Origin: a virus
Strand: one strand, 5' to 3'
DNA: 64,000 bases
Virus record (IMG/VR): IMGVR_UViG_3300042309_001835
Location: 11,553-75,552 of that record
In this document: piece by piece, positions 19,808 to 29,060 of the stretch
Layout: each line of letters starts with the position of its first letter
Numbering within the stretch: the first letter of the stretch is position 1
Translations under genes and position numbers: made by a program
Notes under the pieces: model-generated
The model's input: the letters and a program-made list of their open reading frames with translations, nothing else
Database searches by the model: none
Told to the model about the DNA's origin: nothing

Positions 19808-20030
19808 GTTGCATTTTGCGACAGTGTTGCATTTTGCGACAAAAACACGTTGCATAGTGCGACAAAGGCCGTCGCTTTTTGCAACACGGGTTGACGCTTT
19901 TTGCAACATGCCGTGCGGGATTGCGTTGCAAAATGCGTCACTTAAAAAGAAGCTCTTAGCTTTAAGATACTTGTCTACGGTTTTAGGTTTACTTCTTACT
20001 GTAAAAGAATAGAAAATATTAAGAAAAGAA
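19808..20030. repeat. putative replication origin: six iterons plus AT-rich tract
   Basis: GTTGCAnnnnGCGWC at 19808, 19826, 19849, 19925 (+) and 19871, 19893 (-); AT-rich 19941-20030. Confidence 0.7.
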
Positions 20031-20068
20031 AGCGCGTACGCGCTGGGGCGGGTTGGTATGGTGGTGAC

Positions 20069-20404
20069 ATGGGAAAGACCAAGCCACTGACAGCCGCAGA
20101 GCAGGCAGCCCTTGAGGAGGGGTGGCTGGAAATCGGCGAGTCCCTGGCCGCCACGATCCTTGTCGGGAAGCGCACAAAAAAATGGGCATGGAGCCTGATT
20201 GGGTCGCTTGGGCTGTACAAGCGATGGATGATTGATTTCTGGGTCGAACGGTATCAAGATGAACATCCTGAGCTGAATTCGCCAGTTACGAAGGCGAAAG
20301 AGGGGCCCAGCAGGGACTGGCTGGCGCAGCGAAAATCAAAGTTCACAAAACGTGACCAAATAAAAGAGGCCCTTGAGTTGCTAAATGCCAGGACGAACCG
20401 CTAG
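20069..20404 (+). CDS. hypothetical protein
   Basis: 111-aa ORF, first of the rightward operon. Confidence 0.6.
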   Translation: MGKTKPLTAAEQAALEEGWLEIGESLAATILVGKRTKKWAWSLIGSLGLYKRWMIDFWVERYQDEHPELNSPVTKAKEGPSRDWLAQRKSKFTKRDQIKEALELLNARTNR

Positions 20405-20427
20405 AGTGAATCATCTGACAAATCGTC

Positions 20428-21201
20428 ATGCCCGACTGTATCCCCAATCTCGCAGGTGTCGCAACTAAGAATCTGGTTGAGACGATTGGAACTGGCAGCT
20501 ACAAAGCAAGTTATATCAACTGGGCTCGGACGTTTAACCTGCTGCATGAGCATGCTCCCGGCTGGTACCTGGATGTAGTCCTGTCGCCGGAAGGAGCCGC
20601 TGTCTGGCGGGCACCCGGCAATGGCGGTTATCTGATGCTGCGGTTCTGCCATGTCGATGGCACGTGCCTGGCTCCAGCGCCGCAGGCGATCATGGACAAC
20701 CGGAACGGGTCCATTCCGTTCGACAAGATTTCCGCCAGGGATGTGACCGACACGCACCGCCGTGGTGGCTGCATGCTGGCTGCCATGACATTTGGCCTGG
20801 CGGTTGAGCTGTGGGCGAAGATGCCACTGGAGAGCGGCTACGGACAGGCCCCTGAGGGCGACGCTACGGCCCCTGTAAGCCCCGTAAGCGGCATCCGTGC
20901 CACTACTGCGCCTGCAGCCCCCGCAGAGGCCTTCACGGCCGAAAAACAGGCCACTATGCAGGACTTCCTGGAGGCCTGTCTGGAAAAGGGGCTGTCGCCA
21001 GTGGCGGCAGATAAGTTGCTTGAGGTGATTGGCTCAAATTACGCCGGAGGAATCAAAACCCTTGCCAGCAAGACAGAAGCATGGGTGGTTGAGCAAAACC
21101 AGAAGGCGAATCCCGAGGAATCGGCGCAGCCTCAACAGGAGAAGCCCGCCAAGGCCGTAAAAAAGACTCCCACACAGAAGTCGAATCCAGAAGCGTACTG
21201 A
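20428..21201 (+). CDS. Sak3/DUF1071-like single-strand annealing protein
   Basis: SYINWA...AIMDNRN...DVTDTHRR...AMTFGL..LW pattern. Confidence 0.7.
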   Translation: MPDCIPNLAGVATKNLVETIGTGSYKASYINWARTFNLLHEHAPGWYLDVVLSPEGAAVWRAPGNGGYLMLRFCHVDGTCLAPAPQAIMDNRNGSIPFDKISARDVTDTHRRGGCMLAAMTFGLAVELWAKMPLESGYGQAPEGDATAPVSPVSGIRATTAPAAPAEAFTAEKQATMQDFLEACLEKGLSPVAADKLLEVIGSNYAGGIKTLASKTEAWVVEQNQKANPEESAQPQQEKPAKAVKKTPTQKSNPEAY

Positions 21202-21378
21202 AGAACGCTCAGCACTTCCCAAGGCTGGAGGATTCACAGCAACGCACCAAGATGGATTTCATTGACTGGGCGGCCCAGTTCTTTGCAAAGGAATTCCATG
21301 GTGTGATCATAAGAGATTATAAAGAGCCTTAGACAGGCTCTTTTTCTCGTCTATCATTCTCTTGACTGTTCCCGACCA

Positions 21379-22176
21379 ATGTCGAAAAGCTTGAGCAACG
21401 AAATTACTGCTTGGATGAACGCCGCAGGCAGTAAGCCGGTCTTGAGTAAAGAAGAAATGCTGATCATCGCAAAGAAGATTAAGTCACACGAGGTCGGGAG
21501 CCCAAAGTATAAGTTCTATGTGAACAAGTTGGTGTCTCATAATTTGAGACTGGTTATCAGGTCGGTCCACTTGTACATGGACGGCAAGATGAAGAAAGGA
21601 TGGGGAGGCCCGGAGACGCTCGATCTGCTACAGACAGGAGCGCTCGGCCTGATAAGGGCTGCAGAAAAGTATGACCCAGAAACTGGTTATACTTTTGCCA
21701 CATACGCAACCTACTGGATCAGGTCTTTTGTCGGTCGTTACGCGATCAAGGCATCCAGTATATTTCATATACCGGAAAATGCCTGTCGTGATGCCTACTC
21801 CTTCGAAAAGTACGGATTCGTCAAAAACAAAAGCCACAACGTGAGTGAGGCGTTGACGAAACTTGTGCGCTCCGCTCAAGCGGTAATCTCTGTCGACGCA
21901 CCACTAGGCGAAGATGGCGATATTTCGATCATTGATTGCCTAGAAAGTAAGTATCCGCCCAGCACCGAAGGCGCGGCTCGTTTTTCGTGTGAAATGGATG
22001 ATCTGATCCAAGCGGCAGGGCTAAGTGACGATCAGGTCAAGGTACTGGAAAACCTGTTCATAGATGAGATGAAAGTTAAAGACATAATGCACGCCAATTC
22101 GATCTCCAGGGTAAAGGTTGCGGCTTTGCGTGAAACCGCCCTTGAGAAACTCAGGCGGATTACCCCTGCGGCATAG
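21379..22176 (+). CDS. RpoD-like sigma-70 family factor
   Basis: LVSHNLRLV, DLLQTGALGLIRAAEKYDPETGYTFATYATYWIR, ISVDAPLG. Confidence 0.9.
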   Translation: MSKSLSNEITAWMNAAGSKPVLSKEEMLIIAKKIKSHEVGSPKYKFYVNKLVSHNLRLVIRSVHLYMDGKMKKGWGGPETLDLLQTGALGLIRAAEKYDPETGYTFATYATYWIRSFVGRYAIKASSIFHIPENACRDAYSFEKYGFVKNKSHNVSEALTKLVRSAQAVISVDAPLGEDGDISIIDCLESKYPPSTEGAARFSCEMDDLIQAAGLSDDQVKVLENLFIDEMKVKDIMHANSISRVKVAALRETALEKLRRITPAA

Positions 22177-22212
22177 CTGCCGGTCGGGTGTAACCAGTTC
22201 ACCAAAACTCGA

Positions 22213-22218
22213 TATAAT
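22213..22218 (+). promoter_or_regulatory. sigma70-type -10 box; others at 24140, 24941, 26010, 30587, 54122
   Basis: Perfect TATAAT shortly upstream of gene starts. Confidence 0.55.
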
Positions 22219-22242
22219 GTACTGTAGGCCCCAACTTAAACG

Positions 22243-22593
22243 ATGGCTACCATTAGTATTGCAGGAACCGTAACTGGCCGCGCCGGTGAATCGCCGGTAA
22301 CCGTGAAGACCTTTGAGACTGGCGACCCTGTTGCCAGCTTCTCTGTCGCTGACCGCGCTTACGTTTACACGAAACCTGGCTCTGAACGTCAGGGACAGTT
22401 CTATCGATGCGAAGTGCGGGGCAAGACCGCCGAAATCGTGGCGGAACGGATCAAGCGCGGTGATAAAGTCGGTGTTTCGGGTCAGCTCGTGCAGCGAATG
22501 TACAACGAAAAGCTGTTCCTGGACATCAAGAATGCTTCCGTTACCTTCCTTGAGGATCGAGCTAAAGGCGAGGAACAGGAACTTCCCTTCTGA
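22243..22593 (+). CDS. ssb: single-stranded DNA-binding protein
   Basis: OB-fold pattern (GKTAE...GDKVGVSGQL) and acidic ELPF tail. Confidence 0.85.
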   Translation: MATISIAGTVTGRAGESPVTVKTFETGDPVASFSVADRAYVYTKPGSERQGQFYRCEVRGKTAEIVAERIKRGDKVGVSGQLVQRMYNEKLFLDIKNASVTFLEDRAKGEEQELPF

Positions 22594-22656
22594 GGTATCC
22601 TAGACTTAGACACAACGGCCAGGCGTAGCCTGGCTGTTTTTCTTTTTGGAGTAGTT

Positions 22657-23136
22657 ATGTACCAGTCGCCGAGGATCGATGAGATTGCACCTGGGGCGTG
22701 TGGGTTACTGATGGATGAAACGCCGATGTTGTTGGCCTCAAATGTAAGGCCATATGTGATTGCAATACTGTTACATCGCGGCGCTGTACGCCGCCACGAA
22801 ATCCAAGCTAGTTTGGTACCCCATTGTTCGACCAGCGATTTGAAAGTTGGTGGATGGGATCCACTCAATGAAGATTACTGTGAAAATACCAGACTTGAAG
22901 AACTGATCGATGAAGCACTTGGCGACCTTGTTAGTGAAGGTATCCTTCGATACAACGAAAGCCAAGATCTATGGGTTCTAACTGGTGGCAATATTTCTGC
23001 AATTATTTCCTGGGCCGCAGCTACTGGAGCAAAGTTGCCTCAGCATCTTATAATGGAGTTAACCAGCAAACGATTCAACCGTATTCCAGACTATGTTAAG
23101 CCAGACTATGCAACCAACCAAGAAGTCAAAGTCTAA
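22657..23136 (+). CDS. hypothetical protein (possible winged helix)
   Basis: 159-aa ORF with GGAG RBS. Confidence 0.6.
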   Translation: MYQSPRIDEIAPGACGLLMDETPMLLASNVRPYVIAILLHRGAVRRHEIQASLVPHCSTSDLKVGGWDPLNEDYCENTRLEELIDEALGDLVSEGILRYNESQDLWVLTGGNISAIISWAAATGAKLPQHLIMELTSKRFNRIPDYVKPDYATNQEVKV

Positions 23137-23353
23137 GGCAGTCCCTGACCACAAAAGACTGGCGGGGCCATCTTTTCCACTGCCGATCTTTCGCAAGGGA
23201 ACGATGGTTCAGGTCTATTTGGGAGCCGGTTGGAGTACTGGGCGCGTCATAGCCAGCAAGCAAGATCAGTGCCAGGTTACGCTAACGATGGGTAACCGGA
23301 CAATTACCGTATTTGACGCCAGGTCGATTCGCCAAACTGAAAGCAATGATTGA
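23108..23353 (+). CDS. small SH3/Tudor-like hypothetical protein
   Basis: FRKGTMVQV...WSTGRVI. Confidence 0.45.
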   Translation: MQPTKKSKSKAVPDHKRLAGPSFPLPIFRKGTMVQVYLGAGWSTGRVIASKQDQCQVTLTMGNRTITVFDARSIRQTESND

Positions 23354-23789
23354 TACACAACAGGAGATCTCTAGGGTTTGCGATGATATCAAAAACCTGT
23401 TGCTGCAAAAGAACGAAAAGTACGGAGATTCTGCGCTGAATCCATCCAGGATCTTCAGCAAGGCGGACACCCGTGAGCAGTTGTGCGTCAGGATTGATGA
23501 TAAGCTAACGCGCATCGCCAAGGGCGTAGGTTTATTGGCAACAGACGAGGATGTCCTGCAGGATCTGATAGGTTATCTGGTTTTGTTGAAGATATCCATT
23601 TCCAGGACTGATAACACAAAAACAGTTCAACCGGCGCCGGTTGATCAGTGGGATGGCTCTGATATTGAGCCATATATGAAGAACTGGGCTGAATTCTGGA
23701 ATACTCAAGACAAGCGTCAAATGGATGCAGTTAATTCAGATGACGCAGAAGTACTTGAGCTGCACACTTCCGGCGATAGATTCGGCTGA
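23346..23789 (+). CDS. nucleotide-modification-associated domain protein (DUF1599-like)
   Basis: KNEKYGDS...VRIDDKLTRI...DLIGYLVL. Confidence 0.7.
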   Translation: MIDTQQEISRVCDDIKNLLLQKNEKYGDSALNPSRIFSKADTREQLCVRIDDKLTRIAKGVGLLATDEDVLQDLIGYLVLLKISISRTDNTKTVQPAPVDQWDGSDIEPYMKNWAEFWNTQDKRQMDAVNSDDAEVLELHTSGDRFG

Positions 23790-24144
23790 TCACGTATTGG
23801 TCATCAAAAGACCGTTGTTCTCGAAGGCACGTCCACGACTAACCAGAACCGGTCACGCATTCATGCCGCCAGCCTATAAACTGGCGCAAGCGGAGATGCG
23901 TAAGCTGATCCGTGAGCAATGGGATTATGGCCCCTTGGAAGGCCCCGTATCACTGAAGCTGATCGTCAAGGGTGAAGGCCGGGGAGATACGGACAACATC
24001 GCTGGGGCGTTTATGGATGCCGCCCAGGGAATCCTGTGGATCGATGACCGGGTCAGTGTAATACCAAAGCTGTCAATTGAATGGCAGAGGGCCGCCAAGG
24101 TTGATTCGGAATGGATCGCAATCATTCATCACACCTCCGTATAA
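23740..24144 (+). CDS. rusA: RusA-like Holliday junction resolvase
   Basis: SKARPR, DTDNIAGAFMDA, IDDR. Confidence 0.8.
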   Translation: MTQKYLSCTLPAIDSADHVLVIKRPLFSKARPRLTRTGHAFMPPAYKLAQAEMRKLIREQWDYGPLEGPVSLKLIVKGEGRGDTDNIAGAFMDAAQGILWIDDRVSVIPKLSIEWQRAAKVDSEWIAIIHHTSV

Positions 24145-24166
24145 TGTAGATTATAAGCGACACGCA

Positions 24167-25018
24167 ATGGCGACGGTAGCTTACAACCAACCTGATCCCG
24201 ACTACCGCAGAGAGCTGGGGGAGAATCAAAGCTACCTTAAGAATATCTTAATAAGTCCAGCTCATTACAGGGCTGGCAAAAAGAGAAAGTTCGCTCCTAC
24301 CATCAACATGGAGATCGGCTCTGCTTTGCATTGCCTGGTCCTGGAGGGCAAGGAGGAGTTTGATCGTCGCTACATGCTGAAGCCGGAAGACATTTCCCTG
24401 GCCACCAAGGAGGGAAAAGAATGGAAGGCAAGCCAAAAAGGTAAAACAATCCTGACGAATAACGAAAAAGAAAAGGCCTGGGACAGCGTTCATGGCATGG
24501 CCGAATCACTACTGCGCCTGGAGTGGTTCAACCAATCCCAGGTCGATTATCGCAAATACAACGAGCTGTCTATTTACTGGGAAGCGGATGGTATTCCCTG
24601 CAAGGGGCGACTTGACAGACTGGTCGACATGGGCGATCATTTGATGATATTGGATCTCAAGAGCACCGATTCGGTCGAATATAGCACCTTTCTTAAGAAG
24701 CTGGTAGGTGGCATGAATTATCTGTTTCAGTCGGCATGGTACGCAGAGGCCGCCAGTCTTGCGTATAACAAACCATGCAAGTTTGTTTTTGCCGCAATCG
24801 AAAGGACGGAACCGTGGACATTGTCTCTGTTTGAGATTTCAGATGAGATGATGGACGAAGGTAATCGTCAGATCAAGCGAGCGCGGCAGTTGTTGAAAAA
24901 GTGTTTAGATGCCAAGGATTGGCCTCGACCAGAGGTTTGCTATAATGTACTGAGCCTGCCAACTTGGTACCGCTCACCAGTTTCGAACTACAGCCCCGAA
25001 TTTGAGGACTTGTTCTGA
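24167..25018 (+). CDS. RecE/ExoVIII-like PD-(D/E)XK exonuclease
   Basis: GSALHCLVLE, CKGRLD, ILDLKST, YLFQSAWY. Confidence 0.85.
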   Translation: MATVAYNQPDPDYRRELGENQSYLKNILISPAHYRAGKKRKFAPTINMEIGSALHCLVLEGKEEFDRRYMLKPEDISLATKEGKEWKASQKGKTILTNNEKEKAWDSVHGMAESLLRLEWFNQSQVDYRKYNELSIYWEADGIPCKGRLDRLVDMGDHLMILDLKSTDSVEYSTFLKKLVGGMNYLFQSAWYAEAASLAYNKPCKFVFAAIERTEPWTLSLFEISDEMMDEGNRQIKRARQLLKKCLDAKDWPRPEVCYNVLSLPTWYRSPVSNYSPEFEDLF

Positions 25019-25224
25019 TGAGCAATCAACAAAGCGTAAACATAGGCAGCGCCAGTGGAACCACACTGCTTGGTGTTCTGTTTGTTGGACTGAAGTTGAC
25101 TGGTTACATTAACTGGCCGTGGGTGTGGGTGTTGTCTCCATTCTGGATGCCCCTGGCAATAGTGTTGGCCCTGGCCCTCCTTGCCTTTATCGTTTACGCA
25201 GTAGCCTCTATCGGTAAGAAGTGA
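25018..25224 (+). CDS. small membrane protein
   Basis: LKLTGYINWPWVWVLSPFW, common phage membrane family pattern. Confidence 0.65.
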   Translation: MSNQQSVNIGSASGTTLLGVLFVGLKLTGYINWPWVWVLSPFWMPLAIVLALALLAFIVYAVASIGKK

Positions 25225-25226
25225 TC

Positions 25227-25997
25227 ATGGCCACAGAAAAAACCATCAGGCCAGTTCGCGCCTCTGATCTTCTTAGCCTGGACGAAAGGTTGACGGTAAA
25301 AGTTCTGGACTGCTACGCCGACCCCGAAAGGGCGACTTGGCAGGCCGGTAAGAATGACTACTCCGAGGTTCCTATCCACGAGGTCAAGCCCCTGAAGCGA
25401 GAAGAGGCTGGCAAGTGGATTGTTGACCACTTGCTGTCGGGCGAGAAGGGGCACTACGGCCCACTGGAACACCCACAGATAACACTGTCTTGTGCCGGTT
25501 ATGTGCACAGTGTCATAGTGCAAGCACGCACGCATCGAATCGGCACTTCGTGGGATGTTCAATCTCAGCGGTATACCGGCAAGCGTGTCCTGAGGGTTGC
25601 TGACCGCGAAATTGACGTGGAAGACGTTTTCTACATCAGGCCGCCTGGTCTTTACACAAATCGACAGGGCAAGAAGTATGAGTGGACCAAAGAAAACATT
25701 GAAGACAAAAGAGGCAAAATAATTCTTGCCTGTGAGGATTACGCCAAAGATTACAAAAATGGCTGCTCCGAAGAGCACATTCGCGATTACCTGCCTCAAG
25801 GTATCAGGCAAAACTTTGTTGTATCATTCAACCTGAGGTCCGTGTTGCATTTCATGGATCTCAGATCCAAGTTAGATGCACAACTGGAGATCGAGGCACT
25901 ATGTGAGCAGTTTATACCAATCCTGAAGGATTGGGCTCCATCTGTGTGGGGTTACTATGAAGCGAAACGCTTGCACAAGGCCAGGCTTTCACCGTAA
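25227..25997 (+). CDS. thyX: flavin-dependent thymidylate synthase
   Basis: GHYGPLEH, RTHRIGTSWDVQSQRY, NLRSVLHFMDLR. Confidence 0.9.
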   Translation: MATEKTIRPVRASDLLSLDERLTVKVLDCYADPERATWQAGKNDYSEVPIHEVKPLKREEAGKWIVDHLLSGEKGHYGPLEHPQITLSCAGYVHSVIVQARTHRIGTSWDVQSQRYTGKRVLRVADREIDVEDVFYIRPPGLYTNRQGKKYEWTKENIEDKRGKIILACEDYAKDYKNGCSEEHIRDYLPQGIRQNFVVSFNLRSVLHFMDLRSKLDAQLEIEALCEQFIPILKDWAPSVWGYYEAKRLHKARLSP

Positions 25998-26026
25998 AAC
26001 CAGTATTGGTATAATAGTTTACGCAG

Positions 26027-26665
26027 ATGAATGAAAAAGAACCAGTGTCCGACTGGCCAGAATCCAAACCAATAAAAGGTGATGCTGGCCCTATTTACGG
26101 GTTTCGGCGTGGCTATCGTGTCAAGGATGCTGGCCGCCATGAAAGCGCTGACCAATTCAATTGCTTCCAGAAATTCCTGTTGCTTCAAGGTACCAGGGCG
26201 TTCTCTGACCTGGAAACCGTAACCGGCCATTGTGCTCCATCTTTATCAAGATGGGCTTCAACTTACAACTGGCAACGCCGTGCTGCGGCTTACGACAAGG
26301 ATCAACTTGCTATTGTATGGAAAGAAGCCGAAAAGTTCCAGAAAAATACCCACAGGGAAGCAATCGTAGAATTCAGGGAGTCGTCCGAACGCCAAGCCAG
26401 GATGATGGCACGCGTCTCAGAAGATCTGTTGCGCGTGCTTGGCAAGCGCATTGAAAAGGCGGAAGTCGAGGGCGAGGAGGTGCCGATGGCGCTGGTCTCA
26501 GGCTTGTTGCGTGCCGCTGCTAACATAAGCGAGCAATCACGCCAGTCTTGGGCCAATTCGCTGGGCATCAACGAGATGCTTGAGATGGTTGATTCCGAGA
26601 TGACCAAAGCAAACGTTGAGGATGTAACCGATGTCGACGCCTACGAAATCCCAATCGATGAGTGA
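26027..26665 (+). CDS. probable terminase small subunit
   Basis: HTH with RWASTYNWQRRAAAYD; helical; upstream of the large subunit. Confidence 0.65.
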   Translation: MNEKEPVSDWPESKPIKGDAGPIYGFRRGYRVKDAGRHESADQFNCFQKFLLLQGTRAFSDLETVTGHCAPSLSRWASTYNWQRRAAAYDKDQLAIVWKEAEKFQKNTHREAIVEFRESSERQARMMARVSEDLLRVLGKRIEKAEVEGEEVPMALVSGLLRAAANISEQSRQSWANSLGINEMLEMVDSEMTKANVEDVTDVDAYEIPIDE

Positions 26666-26861
26666 AGACTTCCCGGTTATCGTTACGATAAACGAGGATG
26701 ACTCCATTACAATTGAGTGGGACGAGAATCATCCAGTCACATCGGTTTTCAATACATGGACCGAAAAGGACTTCCTGGATTCAATACTGAATGGCTGTAA
26801 AGATGTGATTGGCGAAGAAGAATACGATAGAATAAAGAAAGAGCACCTTCCCAAGGAATAG
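26658..26861 (+). CDS. hypothetical protein
   Basis: Overlaps the previous stop and abuts the terminase start. Confidence 0.55.
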   Translation: MSEDFPVIVTINEDDSITIEWDENHPVTSVFNTWTEKDFLDSILNGCKDVIGEEEYDRIKKEHLPKE

Positions 26862-28379
26862 ATGGCTACCAGAGCTGGCAAACAATTCCTGGAAAAAGCT
26901 GGCTCAGATCGCGAAATGGTTCGCGAGTTGAGAAGGGTAAAAACCCAAAAGAAGGAAGGCGGACAGCAAATAGTCTTGCATCAATTCATAAAATCAGTAT
27001 CTCCCAATTACAAGTTCTATAAAGTACACGCAGAACTGACAAAACAACTGCAGGCCATCATTGATGGAAAATGCAAGAGGCTTATTATACAGGTGCCGCC
27101 ACGTATTGGAAAGTCATACCTGTCCTCTAAGTTATTTCCTGCTGCTTATCTACTGGCCCACCCAGACAGATATGTCGGCCTAGTATCCTATAGTGCTGAA
27201 CTTGCGGAGGGTTTCTCTAGGTCGGCGCGGGACTACTACAGGCAAGCTGGTGGTACATTTGATCCGTACAAGCAAGCTGTCAATGACTGGGGAACGCAGG
27301 GCGGTGGCGGCCTGTGGGCAGCGGGTGTTGGCGGTGCTATTACTGGTCGATCGGGTCACCTGTTAATTATCGATGACCCGGTCAAAAACAGAGAAGATGC
27401 CGACAGTCCCAGGGTGATGGAAAAACTATGGGATTGGTATACGTCAACCCTGTATACACGGCTTGAGCCAAATGTCGGTTCAATTGTCGTAATTCAGACG
27501 AGATGGAGTGAAAACGACCTGATCGGACGATTGATTGAATCAGAGATGAATGTATCCGAGAAAGGTCGAGAGGGCTGGACAATTCTTGATTTACCCGCTA
27601 TATCCGAGGATCCGGGTTCCAGGCCACCTTTACCGGAGCACTGCAATATAGTAACTGATTGGCGAGAGGAGTCTGGTCTGGCATTATGCCCACAGCGATA
27701 TGGAATCGACGAATACGAGCGCATCCGCGAGGCAATTGGCACAAGGGATTTTGCGGCACTGTATCAGCAAAGACCGGCGCCAGAAGGTGGTAATATGTTC
27801 GATCCGACTTGGTGGCAGTATTATGACCAACTAAAAGAACTGCCTGAATTTCAACGCGTTATCCTTAGTGTTGACTGTACCTTTACAAATACAAGTTCCA
27901 GTGACTATGTCGTTGGCAGTGTCATAGGACAAGCTGGCAACAGTTTCTACGTGCTGGATATGGCCAGAGAGAAATTGGACATTATTGGTACTATCAATAT
28001 GATATCAAGGATGTATAAGAAGCACGCATTAAGCGGAACGGTTATCGAGCTAGCTGCTTCTGGATATGCTGCATATCAGTTACTGCAAAAGAAAGTACCT
28101 GGCCTCATTGGTTTCAAGCCAGAGAAATCAAAAGTAGCTCGCGCTGCTGGCATCGTGCCAATAGTAGAGGCTGGTAATGTCTATTTGCCAGCAAGTGCTC
28201 CTTGGCTGGACGTATTTATGAACGAATTCAGCCTGTTTCCTGCCGCAAAGAATGACGACATAATCGACTCAATTGGTATGGCCATTAACTACATGTCGCA
28301 ACGCACTGTTCCTGTTATGACTGAGGTAAGCTGGGGAAGAGGAACTGCCTTACCGGCAACACCATACAGGATTGACTAA
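26862..28379 (+). CDS. terL: terminase large subunit
   Basis: PPRIGKS Walker A, LLIIDDPVK Walker B, QTRW, LYQQRP, NDDIID. Confidence 0.95.
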   Translation: MATRAGKQFLEKAGSDREMVRELRRVKTQKKEGGQQIVLHQFIKSVSPNYKFYKVHAELTKQLQAIIDGKCKRLIIQVPPRIGKSYLSSKLFPAAYLLAHPDRYVGLVSYSAELAEGFSRSARDYYRQAGGTFDPYKQAVNDWGTQGGGGLWAAGVGGAITGRSGHLLIIDDPVKNREDADSPRVMEKLWDWYTSTLYTRLEPNVGSIVVIQTRWSENDLIGRLIESEMNVSEKGREGWTILDLPAISEDPGSRPPLPEHCNIVTDWREESGLALCPQRYGIDEYERIREAIGTRDFAALYQQRPAPEGGNMFDPTWWQYYDQLKELPEFQRVILSVDCTFTNTSSSDYVVGSVIGQAGNSFYVLDMAREKLDIIGTINMISRMYKKHALSGTVIELAASGYAAYQLLQKKVPGLIGFKPEKSKVARAAGIVPIVEAGNVYLPASAPWLDVFMNEFSLFPAAKNDDIIDSIGMAINYMSQRTVPVMTEVSWGRGTALPATPYRID

Positions 28380-28383
28380 GGTT

Positions 28384-29040
28384 ATGGCAAAGAAACCGCA
28401 AAGCTTTCAGTTAACACCAGAGCAGCAAAAAATGGCCACAGAGAATATAAATCTGGCGAGAAGGGAGGCTTGGCGTGTTCAGAGAACGACTGGTATTGAA
28501 TACTCGATTCTGGAGGGTGCTGCATTCCTTGGTTTATGCAAAGCATGCCATCGATATGATCCAGAATCGGGCTACAAGTTTTCCAGTTTAGCGACACCAA
28601 CAATAAGGGGCGAGATCCTGCACTGGGTAAGGGATCGCACTTATGCAATGCGTTTGTCACATCGCATGCGAGAAAATTGGGTTAAAGGACGCAAATTACT
28701 GTTCAATGGATCTAATGACATAGCAATATCCGAAAAACTGGGCATATCACTGGGGGAATGGCAGGAAACCAGATCAGCATGCTCTGGCCCGCCGCTTGAA
28801 TTAAAAGATCAGGCGATGCCAACAGATCCGTTGGAGCCGGAAGAGATGGATTTCAAAATAGACTATCGAGAAAAGGCGAGGGAAATGGTTGAAGCACTAT
28901 CCACCAAGGATTATAACTCTATGGCAGCTTACTGCAGGGGCGACCTGTCGAAACCACCGGTCAGGCAGTTCACGTCGATGACCAGCGGCCTGAGGCAACA
29001 AAAATTATCAATGACAGACCCGGCTACCCGGCTAGACTGA
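28384..29040 (+). CDS. SigF/SigB-like alternative sigma factor
   Basis: GLCKACHRYDPESGYKFSSLATPTIRGEILHWVRD resembles group-3 sigma region 2. Confidence 0.85.
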   Translation: MAKKPQSFQLTPEQQKMATENINLARREAWRVQRTTGIEYSILEGAAFLGLCKACHRYDPESGYKFSSLATPTIRGEILHWVRDRTYAMRLSHRMRENWVKGRKLLFNGSNDIAISEKLGISLGEWQETRSACSGPPLELKDQAMPTDPLEPEEMDFKIDYREKAREMVEALSTKDYNSMAAYCRGDLSKPPVRQFTSMTSGLRQQKLSMTDPATRLD

Positions 29041-29060
29041 GGCCAGTTCTCAGCGCCATT

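Noticed and set aside
19764-19931. N-terminal extension of the initiator ORF
   Set aside because: It runs through the iteron repeats and gives low-complexity Cys-rich text; the ATG at 19763 is more plausible.
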